A DNA stretch of 64,000 nucleotides from Psammoneis japonica (taxonomy: Eukaryota): the NCBI GenBank assembly GCA_008632985.1, contig QPGO01000147.1, positions 1 to 64,000 on the forward strand, in the 5' to 3' direction. The position numbers and the translations under genes were made by a program. Of this stretch, positions 47,762-60,500 are shown piece by piece. Every line of letters begins with the position of its first letter. Within the stretch, counting starts at the first letter, position 1. A model generated the notes under the pieces. The model was given only the letters and a program-made list of their open reading frames with translations. It made no database searches and had not been told where the DNA came from.

Positions 47762-49636
47762 ATGTCGATCTCCCTCATGATCTTTGTTGCTCTTTTTGCT
47801 ACCATCCTTGCCGGTGGCGTTGCTTTCATCGGCAATGTTGACATTGCCGCATTCTCGGCTTTCGTTGCTTTGAAGTCGATTTCGACGAAGCTTTTCGACG
47901 ATGAACAAGTCGGCACGTTTCAACTTGATCTGGCCCCAACTGTTCAAGAGGTTACTTCGATTGTTCCGTATTCCAATGGCGCTGCTGTCTTCTTCAACAA
48001 GTCGACCGCGCCTGCTTGGTTCAAATGTTACGTTCAGAATCTTGCTCGTTTTGTCGTCAAGACTCGTGTTGAGAAAATCTACGTTTTTCCTACCGCCGCC
48101 AACGAAGCCACTACACAAGCCGTTACCGAAAGCCTTCCCACCTACAAACAGAAAATGGCCACTACTGAATCTGGTATGATCAAGAGTGCTGCTATTTCTT
48201 ATTCTACAAACTCAGTTCTTGTTGAGCTCGTGTTCAAGCCTTCCTCCTCCGACTCGCGTCCTGACGATTTCGAAGAAGTCGTGGTTGACACCCTCAAGAA
48301 GAAGCTTCGTATTTTCGCTCCAGGCGTTCAAGCGAATATTTTACTCAAGAGCAGCAACACATCCTCGGGTCCATCCATTGATGTTATGGCGAACCTCGAG
48401 CTCTCAACACGCGACTTCGCCACGAATGTGGAAACGCCCAACCAAAGTTACAAAGTTGTATTGAATAGGAATGAGTGCACGCCCTCCCTTCCATTCGATG
48501 CGAGCTTCACGCTAAACACACAAGCTCGTCCAATCCGCCGGAACGCCACCCATCCGATTGCCCTCATCGAGGCTCCACCACCTGTTTCGTCAACCACGAT
48601 TGTCCATTCCGTGCCTGAAGCCTTCAACATGGTTAAAGAAAAGGTGAGCGCGCTCAAAACAATCCAGCGCGCTTTTCGAAACATCCTACAACGAGTTGCC
48701 ACGATGAACGCTGCTGCTACAACTATTCAGGTCGCCTTCCAAAGCTTCATTGTCAAGCGCCGCATTCACGAGAAGGAACTCGCCGCCGTCGTGAGGATCC
48801 AGGTTGCTTACCAAAAACATTGCGCTTTCCGAAACATCCTGCAGCGAGTTGCCGCGATGAACGGTGCTGCTGCAACTATCCAGGTTGCCTTCCAAAGCTT
48901 CATTGTGAAGCGCCGCAAACACGAGAAGAAACTCGCCGCCGTTATGAGGATCCAGATCGCTTACCGACAACATCGCACCCGTGTCGAGAACGAGGAGAAG
49001 TTGAACTATTTCAAGAGCCTTTTCAAACTCCACTGTTGGAGGGATGCCGGTGGCGTTTTCAGCGCCCATCATCCCAATTTTTATGAGTTCTCGACTCCCT
49101 GCTTGAATAGCACAGACAAAGAGAGTGAGTGCAATGACGACTTGGTAATGAAAATGCCCGCCAAGAAAAGCACCGTGGAAAGCATTGCAGCGATTGCAGA
49201 GATAATCCAAACACTTCTCGCAGCAAGCAACAGGATTCCGCCGCTCCAAACACAGCCTGAAACAAGCACTCCGTCGCTCCACGACCAACCTGGAACAAGC
49301 TCGTCGCAAGCCAAAAAGCCGTCTCTGAATGAAGAGCTCAAGTCATTAAAACGTTGCATTGAAGCCGAGGAAGCTCCAAGAAAAAGGAGAAAGCTTGAGT
49401 TCCACGAGCCCGGCAAACCAAATCCGTTTGCTCTTGAGTTGCTTCGACGAAAGAAAGCACCAACACCCCGTCATCAGCTCAAGCGGTCCCCTCCCAAGTC
49501 CAATGAGAATTTCAAAAAGAACATTCAAACAATGAAACGGAAGTCCATTGAACAGATCCGACGCCAGAGGAAACATGAACGGATGTGCAAGCTTCGTGGC
49601 ATTGGAGTCAAACCATTGAAGACCAGGGCCCTATGA
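47762..49636 (+). CDS. Uncharacterised 624-aa protein with a hydrophobic N-terminus, about five IQ-like motifs and a basic C-terminus
   Basis: Long intronless ORF with TIQRAFR, TIQVAFQ (x2), RIQVAYQ and RIQIAYR, and a 153-bp internal duplication (48668-48973). Confidence 0.7.
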   Translation: MSISLMIFVALFATILAGGVAFIGNVDIAAFSAFVALKSISTKLFDDEQVGTFQLDLAPTVQEVTSIVPYSNGAAVFFNKSTAPAWFKCYVQNLARFVVKTRVEKIYVFPTAANEATTQAVTESLPTYKQKMATTESGMIKSAAISYSTNSVLVELVFKPSSSDSRPDDFEEVVVDTLKKKLRIFAPGVQANILLKSSNTSSGPSIDVMANLELSTRDFATNVETPNQSYKVVLNRNECTPSLPFDASFTLNTQARPIRRNATHPIALIEAPPPVSSTTIVHSVPEAFNMVKEKVSALKTIQRAFRNILQRVATMNAAATTIQVAFQSFIVKRRIHEKELAAVVRIQVAYQKHCAFRNILQRVAAMNGAAATIQVAFQSFIVKRRKHEKKLAAVMRIQIAYRQHRTRVENEEKLNYFKSLFKLHCWRDAGGVFSAHHPNFYEFSTPCLNSTDKESECNDDLVMKMPAKKSTVESIAAIAEIIQTLLAASNRIPPLQTQPETSTPSLHDQPGTSSSQAKKPSLNEELKSLKRCIEAEEAPRKRRKLEFHEPGKPNPFALELLRRKKAPTPRHQLKRSPPKSNENFKKNIQTMKRKSIEQIRRQRKHERMCKLRGIGVKPLKTRAL

Positions 49637-50299
49637 ACGCAGAGGAGGAGGATGCAATGGAGAGTGAGATGTTGTAAAGGTTTACGTGGAGCTTGTCTAA
49701 CCGGCTTTCTTTCTTACCTCTGGAATCGCGGAATGTGCCCAAGAACTCAAACGAGGTCGGTGTCTCTGACGCCCGAACCATACTAAGTTGGTGCGACTCA
49801 CAGTGACGATTCTGTCAAGTCGGGCAACCCATCGGTTCTGAGAGTTCATGCGATCGGTCACGCAGTCCCAGGGAGGAAGAGAGTAGGAAAGACAAGCTCC
49901 ACAATCGTTAGATACAAATAGGAAATCATCACAAATAAATACGTGTTCAAAGAATACTCCGCTTGGCACCACGCACCCTTTTGATTGGTAGAAGTACCTA
50001 CTAGAGACGCTCGTTGATAGGACACAATGTGCGGTATCGAGTGCCTTATGTTGTCAAAACAGCGACCCAAATATCACTGACAAGAGCATCAGGAAGGAGT
50101 CCCGTCCATGCTTAGTGTCCTCGTGACGGAGATAACGCACTCCCTGCTTCACCAATTTGGCCAGATCTACTAGGCTCCAAGACAAGTGGAATGAGTATTT
50201 CGAGCTGTTGATGTCCACAGGTTTTTTGTGATGCTCACGTTTCGATATTTCAATGCAAGAGTGCCACGCCATCGGTTCGGAGTCGTGCAGAAACAGGCT

Positions 50300-51600
50300 T
50301 TCGTCCCTCTTGAGAGCTAGACAGTGCCCAAGCCTTGGCAAATCGTCCCAACCGCTAACATTCCCCTCTCCCGAAGTGCCTCACTGTTATGGAATCAATG
50401 CATGTGCTACTGCACCTCTAGAAATGGGAATTTGCTTCACGTTGTTGGTCCCAGACACGATGCGTTTACAAGCAGCAAGATTACGGAAAAGTGTCCCACT
50501 CGAAGATAGGGTCATTCCACGCACCACTTTGTCGCAAATTCCACAAGTAATGGACCACTGGGTTGCCAAGTGCAGAAGCGTCGGAAAGGAGCCCAAGTAA
50601 GTATAGAACGCACGGTCGTTTCCTGGCAGTGGCGACCCGATTCTACGTCCACCACCCAAAACCAACGAGCACCTTCAAAGTGCAACGCAATCCTCCGAGG
50701 TCGACTGCCCCATCTTGATACCATTCAACATCCCAACCCCAATGAAGCTCGCAGTCCCAGTAGACAAATCGATCGACTAGCCTCTCCCTCCTCCCACGCC
50801 TCCATTCAAGGATCATCCGATCGCCGAGAAAGCCTTGATAACAAAGAAAGACGGTTAGCAGAGCAACAAAAAGTAATCAAAGCGTTTGGTAAGTATTCAC
50901 CCAACACGGCAAACCATTGACTCGAACGGCGGCGACAGCAGCTCGAGACTTACATTTTCAGGAGACATCAGCAGAGCCCACCGAACGGCTTTTTCATCTT
51001 CAGGATTCCTCAGTAGTCCACATTCAAGCAATAGATGCAACGTCCACCGAACAGGTTCTTTTTCAGGACACCCCAGTAGCCCCCACGAGGCTGGCTACTT
51101 GCCTACTCGTACTCGAGAAATCTCGTACAGGGGCTGATAGGACAAAGCCAGATGAACTCTCCGGCTCAGACTTTATCGAGCTGATCAAGGTCATCATAAT
51201 CACACCTATTCGACTGCCAAGCACGCCAATCTTCTCCTACGAACCTGCCAAAGCAGCGGCTGAACAAAAGTATTGGTTGATTTCGTCCCAACATTAGTCA
51301 CCCACTACCGGTATAGAACAACATCAGGAATATGATGAAGAAAGGTGCAGTGTATCCACCGGCGTCAATCAATGACGCCGACCGAGCACAGCATCTAGCT
51401 GACGCCGTAGAACAAGGAAGCCACAACAGTCCGCCATACGTAAAGTGGATATCTTGACAGAGAAGCTCCACGAGGAAGTAGGAAGTCGATATCCGCAAAG
51501 GGAGGGAGTTGTGGTGCTACCGGACATTGGTGAGGACCTGAAACAAGGTCAGGCAACCCTAGGGCCCTACTCCATGGTGCGGAGTGTTTTTTGTGCGATG
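50300..51600 (+). mobile_element. Possible remnant of a tyrosine-recombinase (DIRS/Ngaro-like) retrotransposon
   Basis: Broken frames PIFSYEPAKAAAEQ and HP...MMKKGAVYPPASINDADRAQHLADAVEQGSHNS...LHEEV resemble, from memory, the pre-RT region of diatom YR elements. No RT core is visible. Confidence 0.4.
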
Positions 51601-51619
51601 GATGCAGGCTACCCAAAAC

Positions 51620-54600
51620 CCACAGCGCGCGAGTAGGGAGCGCAGCGCAGCACCAGTGCTCACATCAGGAGCACAGGCGCTTGCACAGCATCGCATTGTG
51701 TCAAAACACGGCAGCGCGCAGTTGGGAGCACAGCACCAGTGCTCACATCACGAGCACAGGCCCATCATGCATTAAGATTTATCATGTCCTCTAGATTGCA
51801 AACGACATTGCCATTGCCCAACCTTTTCAGAATTGATTAAAAACACAAAGGGCATCATAGATTCAAAATTTGTCTTTGCTTGGACACTTGTGTTGTGTCA
51901 AAACACACAGCTCACAGTTGGGAGCGCAGCACAGTGCTGCAGCACCAGCGCTCACATTGGGAGCACAGGCACTTGCACAGCATCGCAGTGAGCAACACTC
52001 ACGTTACAGCATGGTGCTGCACATGGAAATGGCCGTTTCTCACTCCCACCACAAACACACAAACATCATCAACAAGGAGCACCTGCAACAATGGCCATCG
52101 CCACTGAAAATGAGCATCATCGATTTTGTGTTGATGCCATTCGACCTGCTGTTGTCAACCAAAAACAAATTCATAAAATGAAAACAAATGAAAACATTCT
52201 CTAGAGACAAAATTTGTTTCTTCATTCTCACATTCTCGGTGAGTGAATCAAATCACTCCACGACATTTGACGAAATCTGTTGATTCATTGCATTTTTTGG
52301 TTTTCTCAACTTCTTGTTTTCCTTTGATCTTTGTCCACATTTCTGCAGGAAAATGTCACATCATGCGTTGTGGTGGTGCCAGACATTGGCAAGAACCTGA
52401 AACAAGGTGAGGCAGCAGCACTCCATGCACTGCATGTCTTGAGAAAACCTGTCCACCCCAATGAAATCTCAAGACCAGCATCTTTCAAGAAGCTTCTCTT
52501 GGATTGCTCTTTCTGATGCTCATGGCTCTAGAACCAGAACATGCCACATCTCGTTGTCAACTTCTTGATTCTTTGCTGACTGAAGATGCATCGGGAGCTC
52601 GCCTTTCTCTGGTTCATGAGGGTGGAATGGGTGTCTCAGATGCAAATCGTTGTTCCATTGCACTTGCAGCACTCAACACCCATGTTTCCATTGCCCCGCA
52701 GGCTCACCATGCCAACAACGCTTGACGTCAGACAATTTGTTTGACAATGAAAAAGAGTGCCGTTTTCACCTTCCACAGCCACTCATTTTGAACAAACAAA
52801 ATGCAAACAAACAGGACGAACATGTTGTTTCTTGAGGATGCTGCCAAGTGTTGGGTGTCAGATCATCACACATGACAGGTGCAGAGTCGCAAAGCACGCC
52901 GTCTCACACACCATGGTGTGCTTCGTTTTTGAAAGGATGCCGCTTGCTGGAATTTTGAAATGGTCCCAACAAAGGTCAGACCAGAATTGTTCAGTGCAGA
53001 GGTGGCCAGACCACAAGACTGTGAAAAACCCAGATGTCGTCCATCGTCCACACAAAAACAACATGGAACAGAATGGGCTCTCCTTGGTTTTCATGCACCA
53101 TCTGCACATGAGCCTTCTTGTGCAAGACATCTTCTGCTCAAGCTCTTCCTTGTGCTTGCAGGTGCAGCAGTGGTGCTCTTCTTTGGCGGCATCATCATTG
53201 TCCAGGATGCCGCAATCCTCTTCAGCTTCCTTCTTAGAAGCTGGAGCTGCTGGGACCGCGGTCTTTTCAGCAGTGCTTGAGTCACAAGGCTCCATCAGAT
53301 CAAGACAGAGGCAACAAATGATGTGGTCATGAAGCATTGGCACCAAAGCTTTTCCAGTTAACGGAGCTCAGGATTGTCAGCAAGGCCATTGTGGTGCAAC
53401 TTGCAGAGCACAAGCACGCATTCATCGAGAGTGAGAATGTAAACTGCTGCCTTGGTCCTCATGCTCACATCAGCTTGGACAAACGTCATGGAGTTCTTGG
53501 CACACTTCTTCTCCATGGAGGCTCTGCGGTGCCAGCCAGCAGTTTGGAGGAACTTCTGATTTGAGATGGAAAGCAAGTGCAGATCTTGGCACTTGAGAAA
53601 AGCTTGTGCTTGAGCACCTTCACAATGCTCTGCTTCCTCTTCTGCTTCACAGGTCTGTGCTTGAAGCTCACTCAACTCAATCAAAGTGGTGCTGTGCTTC
53701 TCTGTGGCTGCTTCAAAGTGCTTGCTCTGTCCCTGGATTTTGAGAATGAGGCCCGCTTGCTTGTCACTTGCGTTGTCAAAGAGAGCACTCAACTCTTCTG
53801 GGCCATGCTCTTTGCACTCCTTCTCGAATTCAGGGTGTGCATGGTGTTCACAATGCATCAGACTTGGACAACCAAACTGCAAATGATGAGCCAGGAGACT
53901 CACAGCAAAACCAGCAAGTTTCAATTTCTGTGCTTCCTCTTGTTTGGCGTTTTGTTGACAGCTGCTCCTGGTGCCACCACTTTTGCCGCTTGGCCAAAGC
54001 ACATCATGAAGATTTGGTGAAGACTGCTTGATGTGGGTGGATGGTGAATGGTGGCAAAGACTGCTTGATGCAGATGGTGAATGGTGACAGTGAAAGCAAA
54101 CAACAAAATGACGAGTGTCAAAATTGTGAGAGTGACTGAGGAGGCTGATTTTGGTCTTCTCTTCTCTTGCGTGGTCCTCTCTCTGTGTGGAAACACCAAC
54201 TTGACTCTCTGTTTTGTTGGCAACTTGGCAGCACCGCATGACACAGACTCTGTTGGTGTCAACTCCTCCAAATGCACAACACTGATTGATCTGAACTGAA
54301 GGCATGATTAAAGAATGTCGAGAGCTTGAACAAAACGGTGACCTCTTTGGCTTCCAATGTCTCCAAACTCACACATCCTAAATGCCTGAAACATGAGTGT
54401 GCTCATTACAGTCACTGTCATGACTTAAGAAGGTGTCAGTTGTCCACTGTGGAATTGTTCAGTCTGCCTTTCTTTGGCAGAGCCGCAGAGCAGCAATGAA
54501 GACAGAAGAATGATCAAGTGCTGCCCCTCTTTCAAACAGCCACAGAGTGGCAACGGCAGCAGAAGCACTTCAAATGTGTGGCGCTTTTGCACCTGCCGTG

Positions 54601-56960
54601 TGAAAACATTCAAGACAGCAAGTGTCACACATTGCGTGCAATCATGATGCAGTTGCAAGTGCTTCAAATGGTCCTTTTGCACATTGTTTGCTTTGCGAGG
54701 TTCTGCGCAGTGACTCGACCAAAATCCACAACTGGAGATGAAGAGTGGGCAGTGCAGCATGACATTGAAGCAAGGGATCTCTCAAACAATCCACAAGGAA
54801 ACATGTCATTGAATCACTGGCAACACTCTCCCCAAATCAATGCATGCCGGTCAAGATGCAAGAGACTTCAGGAAAATTTGAAAGCATGATTTCTTGAAAA
54901 GTCCCCAAGGAAGCTCGCATCTCCAACAAGCAGGCCACTGCAAATGCTTTCCTCTCACAAACCCGCCGGTGAGTTTGCCAGTCAACAAGCTGTTGCGACT
55001 GCCTCTTCACATCAACACTCCCACACAGACAAGCAGATTGGTCCATGTGGCCAAGCCAATGCAGTGGAATTGCACCACAACCCTTGGATGCTGCAACAAC
55101 TCAACACAATGTGCTTGTCCTCTTGATCAAGTTTTGACCATGTGTGATGGATGATGACACCATCAGGAAGCTTTGTTCAATCCCAAAGGTCAATGTGCAA
55201 GGCAACACTTGGTTGTCTCATGGATCAATGAGCCTGTGCATGCTCCCTCATCCCTTGGTCTCCATCCATTGCAAGAGCCGCTCCCGCACCGCAGTGACAG
55301 ACTCTCTGGATTTTCCCTGTGTCAACAAGTTCTCAATGTCTGTGCCTGATGCAGGCCATTGCAATGACCACTGCTCTGACGACAATTCTGATGACAAGTC
55401 ATTGGATGCTCAAGATGCCACCCAGTCAGTTTTGCTGGACATTGTCACAATGATCTGTGCCACAGGACACAGCTCTGAAACCACTGCGGTTGTGTGTGGT
55501 GTCCAAGCAAAGGCCACATCCTCCATTTTGCACCACTGCTGCCAGCCCTCCCCCCAAATGTTGGCACTGGTGTTGCCGGCTGTCCTGGTGCTGAGCAGCA
55601 CCATGCTGGCAAGAAACATGCAGCGCTGCAACACCATTGAAGTTTCAAGTTTGGTGGAAGACACCGGAAGGTTGCATTGGCAAGTTGTTGACACTGTTGC
55701 TGCGCAAAGCTGTGCACAAAGGCACATCGGATGTCAGTGTGTACTCCACTTTGTTGTTTCCTCTAGACTGCACACAACATTGTCATTGCCTGAGATCCAC
55801 ATGATTGTAGAATGTTGTCAACCACATCATGCATTCAACAATTTCATGCTTGCACAACACGAAAGAATGGGAATGCCAGCCACACAGGCCAGCTGCTGGT
55901 GCACCCTCTGTTTGATCATGCGTGGTTTGTGCTGCCAAAAGGAGGTCAGAGGAACACGTCTTTGAGCACAGCTGTTGCTTTTCTCCTTTCAAATCAGGTT
56001 CATTAAAGTTGAAAACAAAGAGCCTCAGATGACCTGGAGACCACCATGCACACCACCAGACATGGCCAGAGCTGAGCCCCTGGTTTGGAACTGAGCACAT
56101 TGTTCTCTGTTTGATTGAAAATGTTGCCATCTTGGTGGCTCTGAAACAGTGACACATTTGACAACAAAAAATCCACTCAGCCAGTTTTGACAAGTTTTGG
56201 CCTCCATGCACAGCTGGGGGGTGGGTTCTTGCTTGTGGGCACTCCCCAACGTCTGAATGTTGTTTGCCTCAGTTTTTCCTCTCTCCACCCAAGTGCTCAC
56301 AAATGTGTGCCAAGTTTTTTCTCTTCTAAAATTTTGTGCCTAAAGCTCATTTTTTGCATTTGTGCCATCATCCCATCAGTGCACATCATCGCAGCTGACT
56401 TCTCATTGATGCACAAAGAAGCGACGACAAGAACAGCCCATGAAGAAAATCATGCAGTGGAAAAGCAGCAGCTGGATTCTCCAGCTTTTCCCGAAGAATG
56501 CTCCTCTCCCCTGCACTGTCACAGAGACACTGTGGGGTGCAACAACAAGAGTGTCTGCCTCTCCTGAGCCAGAGGCAGTGGCACACAGTTGCAGCATCTC
56601 CAGCAGGGCACACCTCTGCTCTGGTTGTGGAGCAAAAGTGAAGAAAAAGAGCTTCAACAGTCAACAGCTGGTGGCTGAAAAAAAAACCAAATCAGTGCTG
56701 CCATTGCTGACAGACCACAAGGTAAGAGCCGGCCACAAGCCAACACCAGAGAAAGTGCCTGCTTCATTGTGGCACTTGCCACAACATGCTCTCCAGCCAG
56801 CACGCCATTTTCTTTTCTCGAGTGCTCTGCTCTGGTGTCTCTAGCCTTTCTTTGACACCTCTGCTTGATGCTCCCCATGTCTCTTTGAAGCCCTGCCCCT
56901 GCCCCCTTTTCTCTTTTGCCTTTGCCCCTTTCTTTTGTAAAAGATGATGCCATGATGTCA
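51620..56960. other. Hypermutated domain D4
   Basis: TpA/CpG loss with surviving ctctag at about 51789, 52199, 52525, 55761 and 56840. Starts with short repeats (gcagcaccag.gctcacat). Confidence 0.88.
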
Positions 56961-57000
56961 TCATCCGTTCTCGAATCCTTGATTCGTCAATCCGCCCGCC

Positions 57001-57026
57001 CGATCGATCGATCGATCGATCGATCG
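57001..57026. repeat. (CGAT)6 microsatellite
   Basis: cgatcgatcgatcgatcgatcgatcg. Confidence 0.9.
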
Positions 57027-57030
57027 GATC

Positions 57031-57102
57031 CGTCCGAAACGGTCCGTGTTTCGCCCGAAATCTCCCTCCGAGACGGTCCGTGTGTCGTCAGAAACTTCCT
57101 CG
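57031..57102 (-). repeat. 33-bp GC-rich motif, about 2 units, inverted
   Basis: The reverse complement reads gaggaagtttctgacgacacacggaccgtctcggagggagatttcgggcgaaacacggaccgtttcggacg. Confidence 0.85.
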
Positions 57103-57578
57103 AAAGCAATCTTTTTTTGTTGTTGTTGTTGTTGCTGATGATGCGTCGCATGGCTCATGACGTTCTCTGAACTGTTACGCTACTTCGACAGATGACTTTC
57201 GAAATAAACGCCTCTGGAACGAGAGAGAACAGGGGAACGAAATCTGTTCATTGCAGTCATTGTGGTGAACAAAAGACGGAGAAGGACACGAAGAAGGCGG
57301 CAAGAACACACAGTTTGCGAGCAGAGCAAGCCAGTGAAAATCGAGCCGTTGTTGTTGCTGCTGTTTCTCAGCCATGGAAGACTGCATATTCTCATTTACT
57401 GATCGCACATCCTTGCAATGCCATGATGATGTCGTGTGCAAGCGCCTTTACGACGATTCTGGAATCGACTTGAGGCTTCGGATGCAACTCTCGGTCTTCC
57501 TCAGGAGAAGTTGTCTCGTTTGAAAAAAAAAAAACAATCGGGAGAGTGCATTGACTCACAAAGTATACCAGTGTCGCC

Positions 57579-60500
57579 ATGTTTCGTCGCCTCGACTCCC
57601 GCAATTCATCGCTATCTCTCATTGGCTTGGATGGCTGGGAAAGCGTTGTGCTTGCATCTACTCATGGGCGGGAAAGCACAGCAACACCGAACGTGTTAAA
57701 ACCGGAACACTATCCTTTGGGCCTGGTTCTGACGACCAATGTGGAAGAGCTTCTTAAGGCATTCCAGGAAGCCTTGAATGATTCAGAGAGAAATAACACC
57801 GGTAACATGAGAGGCCAGTCAGTCCGCGGGGCACCAAGGAAATCAGAAAACCCCGTCATCCGCTCGTACTGTTCTGTACCAAACAATGATGCAATCTGCC
57901 ACACAGCAAGAAATTCAAGGCGGCATTACAGATGTTGGCTTGCACACAGGGTTTCTTCGACGAAACACGTCACTCCCATTGGTCCTGTCGCTCTTTCATG
58001 AGCTTCTGAGTATGGAGGGGGGAGGCGACGACAGCCTGTTTCTCAAGTGCACGACAGCATGTTTCTCAAGTGCACGACAGCCTTTTTCTTGAGCTATCTA
58101 ACTCAGGTCAGCTTTGGTGTCAAGGAGTATGGCCCCGACCAGTGCAATCGGGTCATCACCATCATTAGAGCGATGGAAGGATACCTTCGAAAGGTGCAGG
58201 ATGGTTCTTAGAAAGAGGCTGTGGTGGAAATTGTGGTTGAAATTTTTGAACAATTTCGGGCCCGAATCGACCATTTGCGTCCCGGAAAAGATTGATGAGT
58301 CCGTCGAGGAGATATGCCGTGAGCTGAAAGCACCAATGTTGCCAAGCGTCCCTGTATTGTCCGACGGAGTTGATACAGCCGCAAGATTGATCCATGCAAA
58401 GTCTGATGCAAAAAAGAATCTGGGGTACACAAATCTTTCATCTTCCGCGTTCACTGGCTAGCTTCAAGACACGTGGGTTCAGATTAAGAGGTTCAATGAG
58501 CTTTTATTTTCGATTGCGATGGAGCTTAATGATGCCTCGAAGGATAACTACGACACTCAGACCTGAGAAAGACGCTCCAGTGCTACTCTCAACACATCAC
58601 ATACGCTCGATCGAAATCTCTGAGCACAACACATGTGATGACTGTCTTCTTGTCTAGTGAAGAGCTGCTAGCTGTCTGGATTTGTTATTGCTGGGCGCAT
58701 CGCGCTACCAAATTGAAGCATCTTCTGTTTCAGCAGTACGGAGTTGCTCTTGACCCCGCGGATCGTGAGCATATTGCTCTTTCCGACGCTCGAGCCCTTG
58801 CAGCAGTTAGCAGCGTACGACAATTTCTTAGGTCTAACCTGAAGGCTTGACGACCGTTTCGAAACAAGGATCACACACGGACCTTGGCAAAGCACTATGG
58901 CATACAGTCGAAACGCTTGGACGCAATCTTTTCCCAGGAACTTGCAGAAGCCAACCGACTGATCGATGAGAGATGGAAGAAGATTGAAAAAGCTCAACGT
59001 CAGTTGTCCGTGCTAGACAGTAGGTTAAAAATCACAGCCAAAAGGCTATGAAGATGCGAGAGGTAGACGCGAAGGCTCAGAGGCGAAAGACTTTGACTAC
59101 AATCGCCAAGGCTACAAAGACTATCATTCCATCTTTCATGATTATGTTGAGGAGGAGGAAAGGCTTCGTACAAAAATGCGTAACTTGGAGGAGAAGATCT
59201 GGACGCTTGAGCAGAAACCAGCAGATCTTGTTCTGGATCTGCCGAAATCAAGGGAACCATATCTGGAATGGCTCTTCTTCCTTTTCAGCCAGAGGAATTC
59301 CGCAATCTTGCGGCCTTGGCTCAGTTGGAGCAATCAAAATTGTGGAACGAAGTTCCTGATACTATCCAACCCGCGCGAGCTCTACTCTCATCATGGTTTA
59401 ACACGAACAGAAAGAAAACAAAAGATGATTCACCTGAATGCACGGAAACTGAAGTGGTTCTCGGGTCTGATTCGGGGTCGAAGAGAATCTACAAACCAGA
59501 CATCCGACGATATAGTTGCGATACAGGCGTATGCTTTCCTGATTTCTTCTTCATCGATCCGTACTGGGTGGGTGCGGACCCTTTTGTTCCCGGACGAACT
59601 GCGTTTGACGCCACAGTATTGTTTACTGAGCTACTCCCTCCCGCCCATGAGAGCAGATTCATGCCAAAGGTCGTTTCGATGGTGCATATAAGGACACGAG
59701 AAAACGAAAGCATCGCTCGTCGAGAGAAGAAACCCGAATGGCTAACACAAGATCAGTTTGTTGCTTTGCCAATCTGAGAGCGGGTCCGTTAGCACAGATA
59801 CGTTGTCTTGTTGAAGCGCTTCACGAGGATCTGTTGCCTTTCCAGAATGATTGTGTCCACGTCTTGGTTAAACAACTGCTGTTTCATGTCGGCAACGGCT
59901 GGAAGACCGACCTGGATGCCAATTGGAATGGCACTCGTCGCATTGTCGACGAGATGCGCCAAAAGGTAGAATTGCTCCGCGAGTCACCGAAAGATTGTGA
60001 CCAAGTGCTTCTTTTCGGGGCCATGTGTTCATATTTTGGGCTGGAGAACGAAGCTCTAAGAAAATGCGCTCGAGATTTTGCAAACATGTGTCGAAAGTGG
60101 CCTGACGACGTTGGAAGTGAGGTCAAGAGCTCCGATAAAGTGTCTCCTGAGCTATACTGGAAACAGGCGAAGCTTTACGGCTATTCCATGCTGTGTCGCA
60201 CTCTTGGTCGGTTCGAAGACACTGATTGCAAGGAGATGGCGGAGCTGATTGTCCTCTTCAGAAGCAGGGCGCTTTATGCTTCTGACCTGGAGGAAAGCAC
60301 CTCGCTGGATCAACCCATCCTAGAGTGCATGACTACTTGCATTCATGGCATCCTTGCAATGATGTCGAGTCACATGGATCATTTTTCACATTGTCTGGCG
60401 TTTATCTTGGACGACGTGCCCAAAGGGCTCCAATGGTCGCCTGTCAAATATCAGGGCATCCCCGAGACGGCGTGCTTCGAAGCCTACTCAGGCGAAAACC

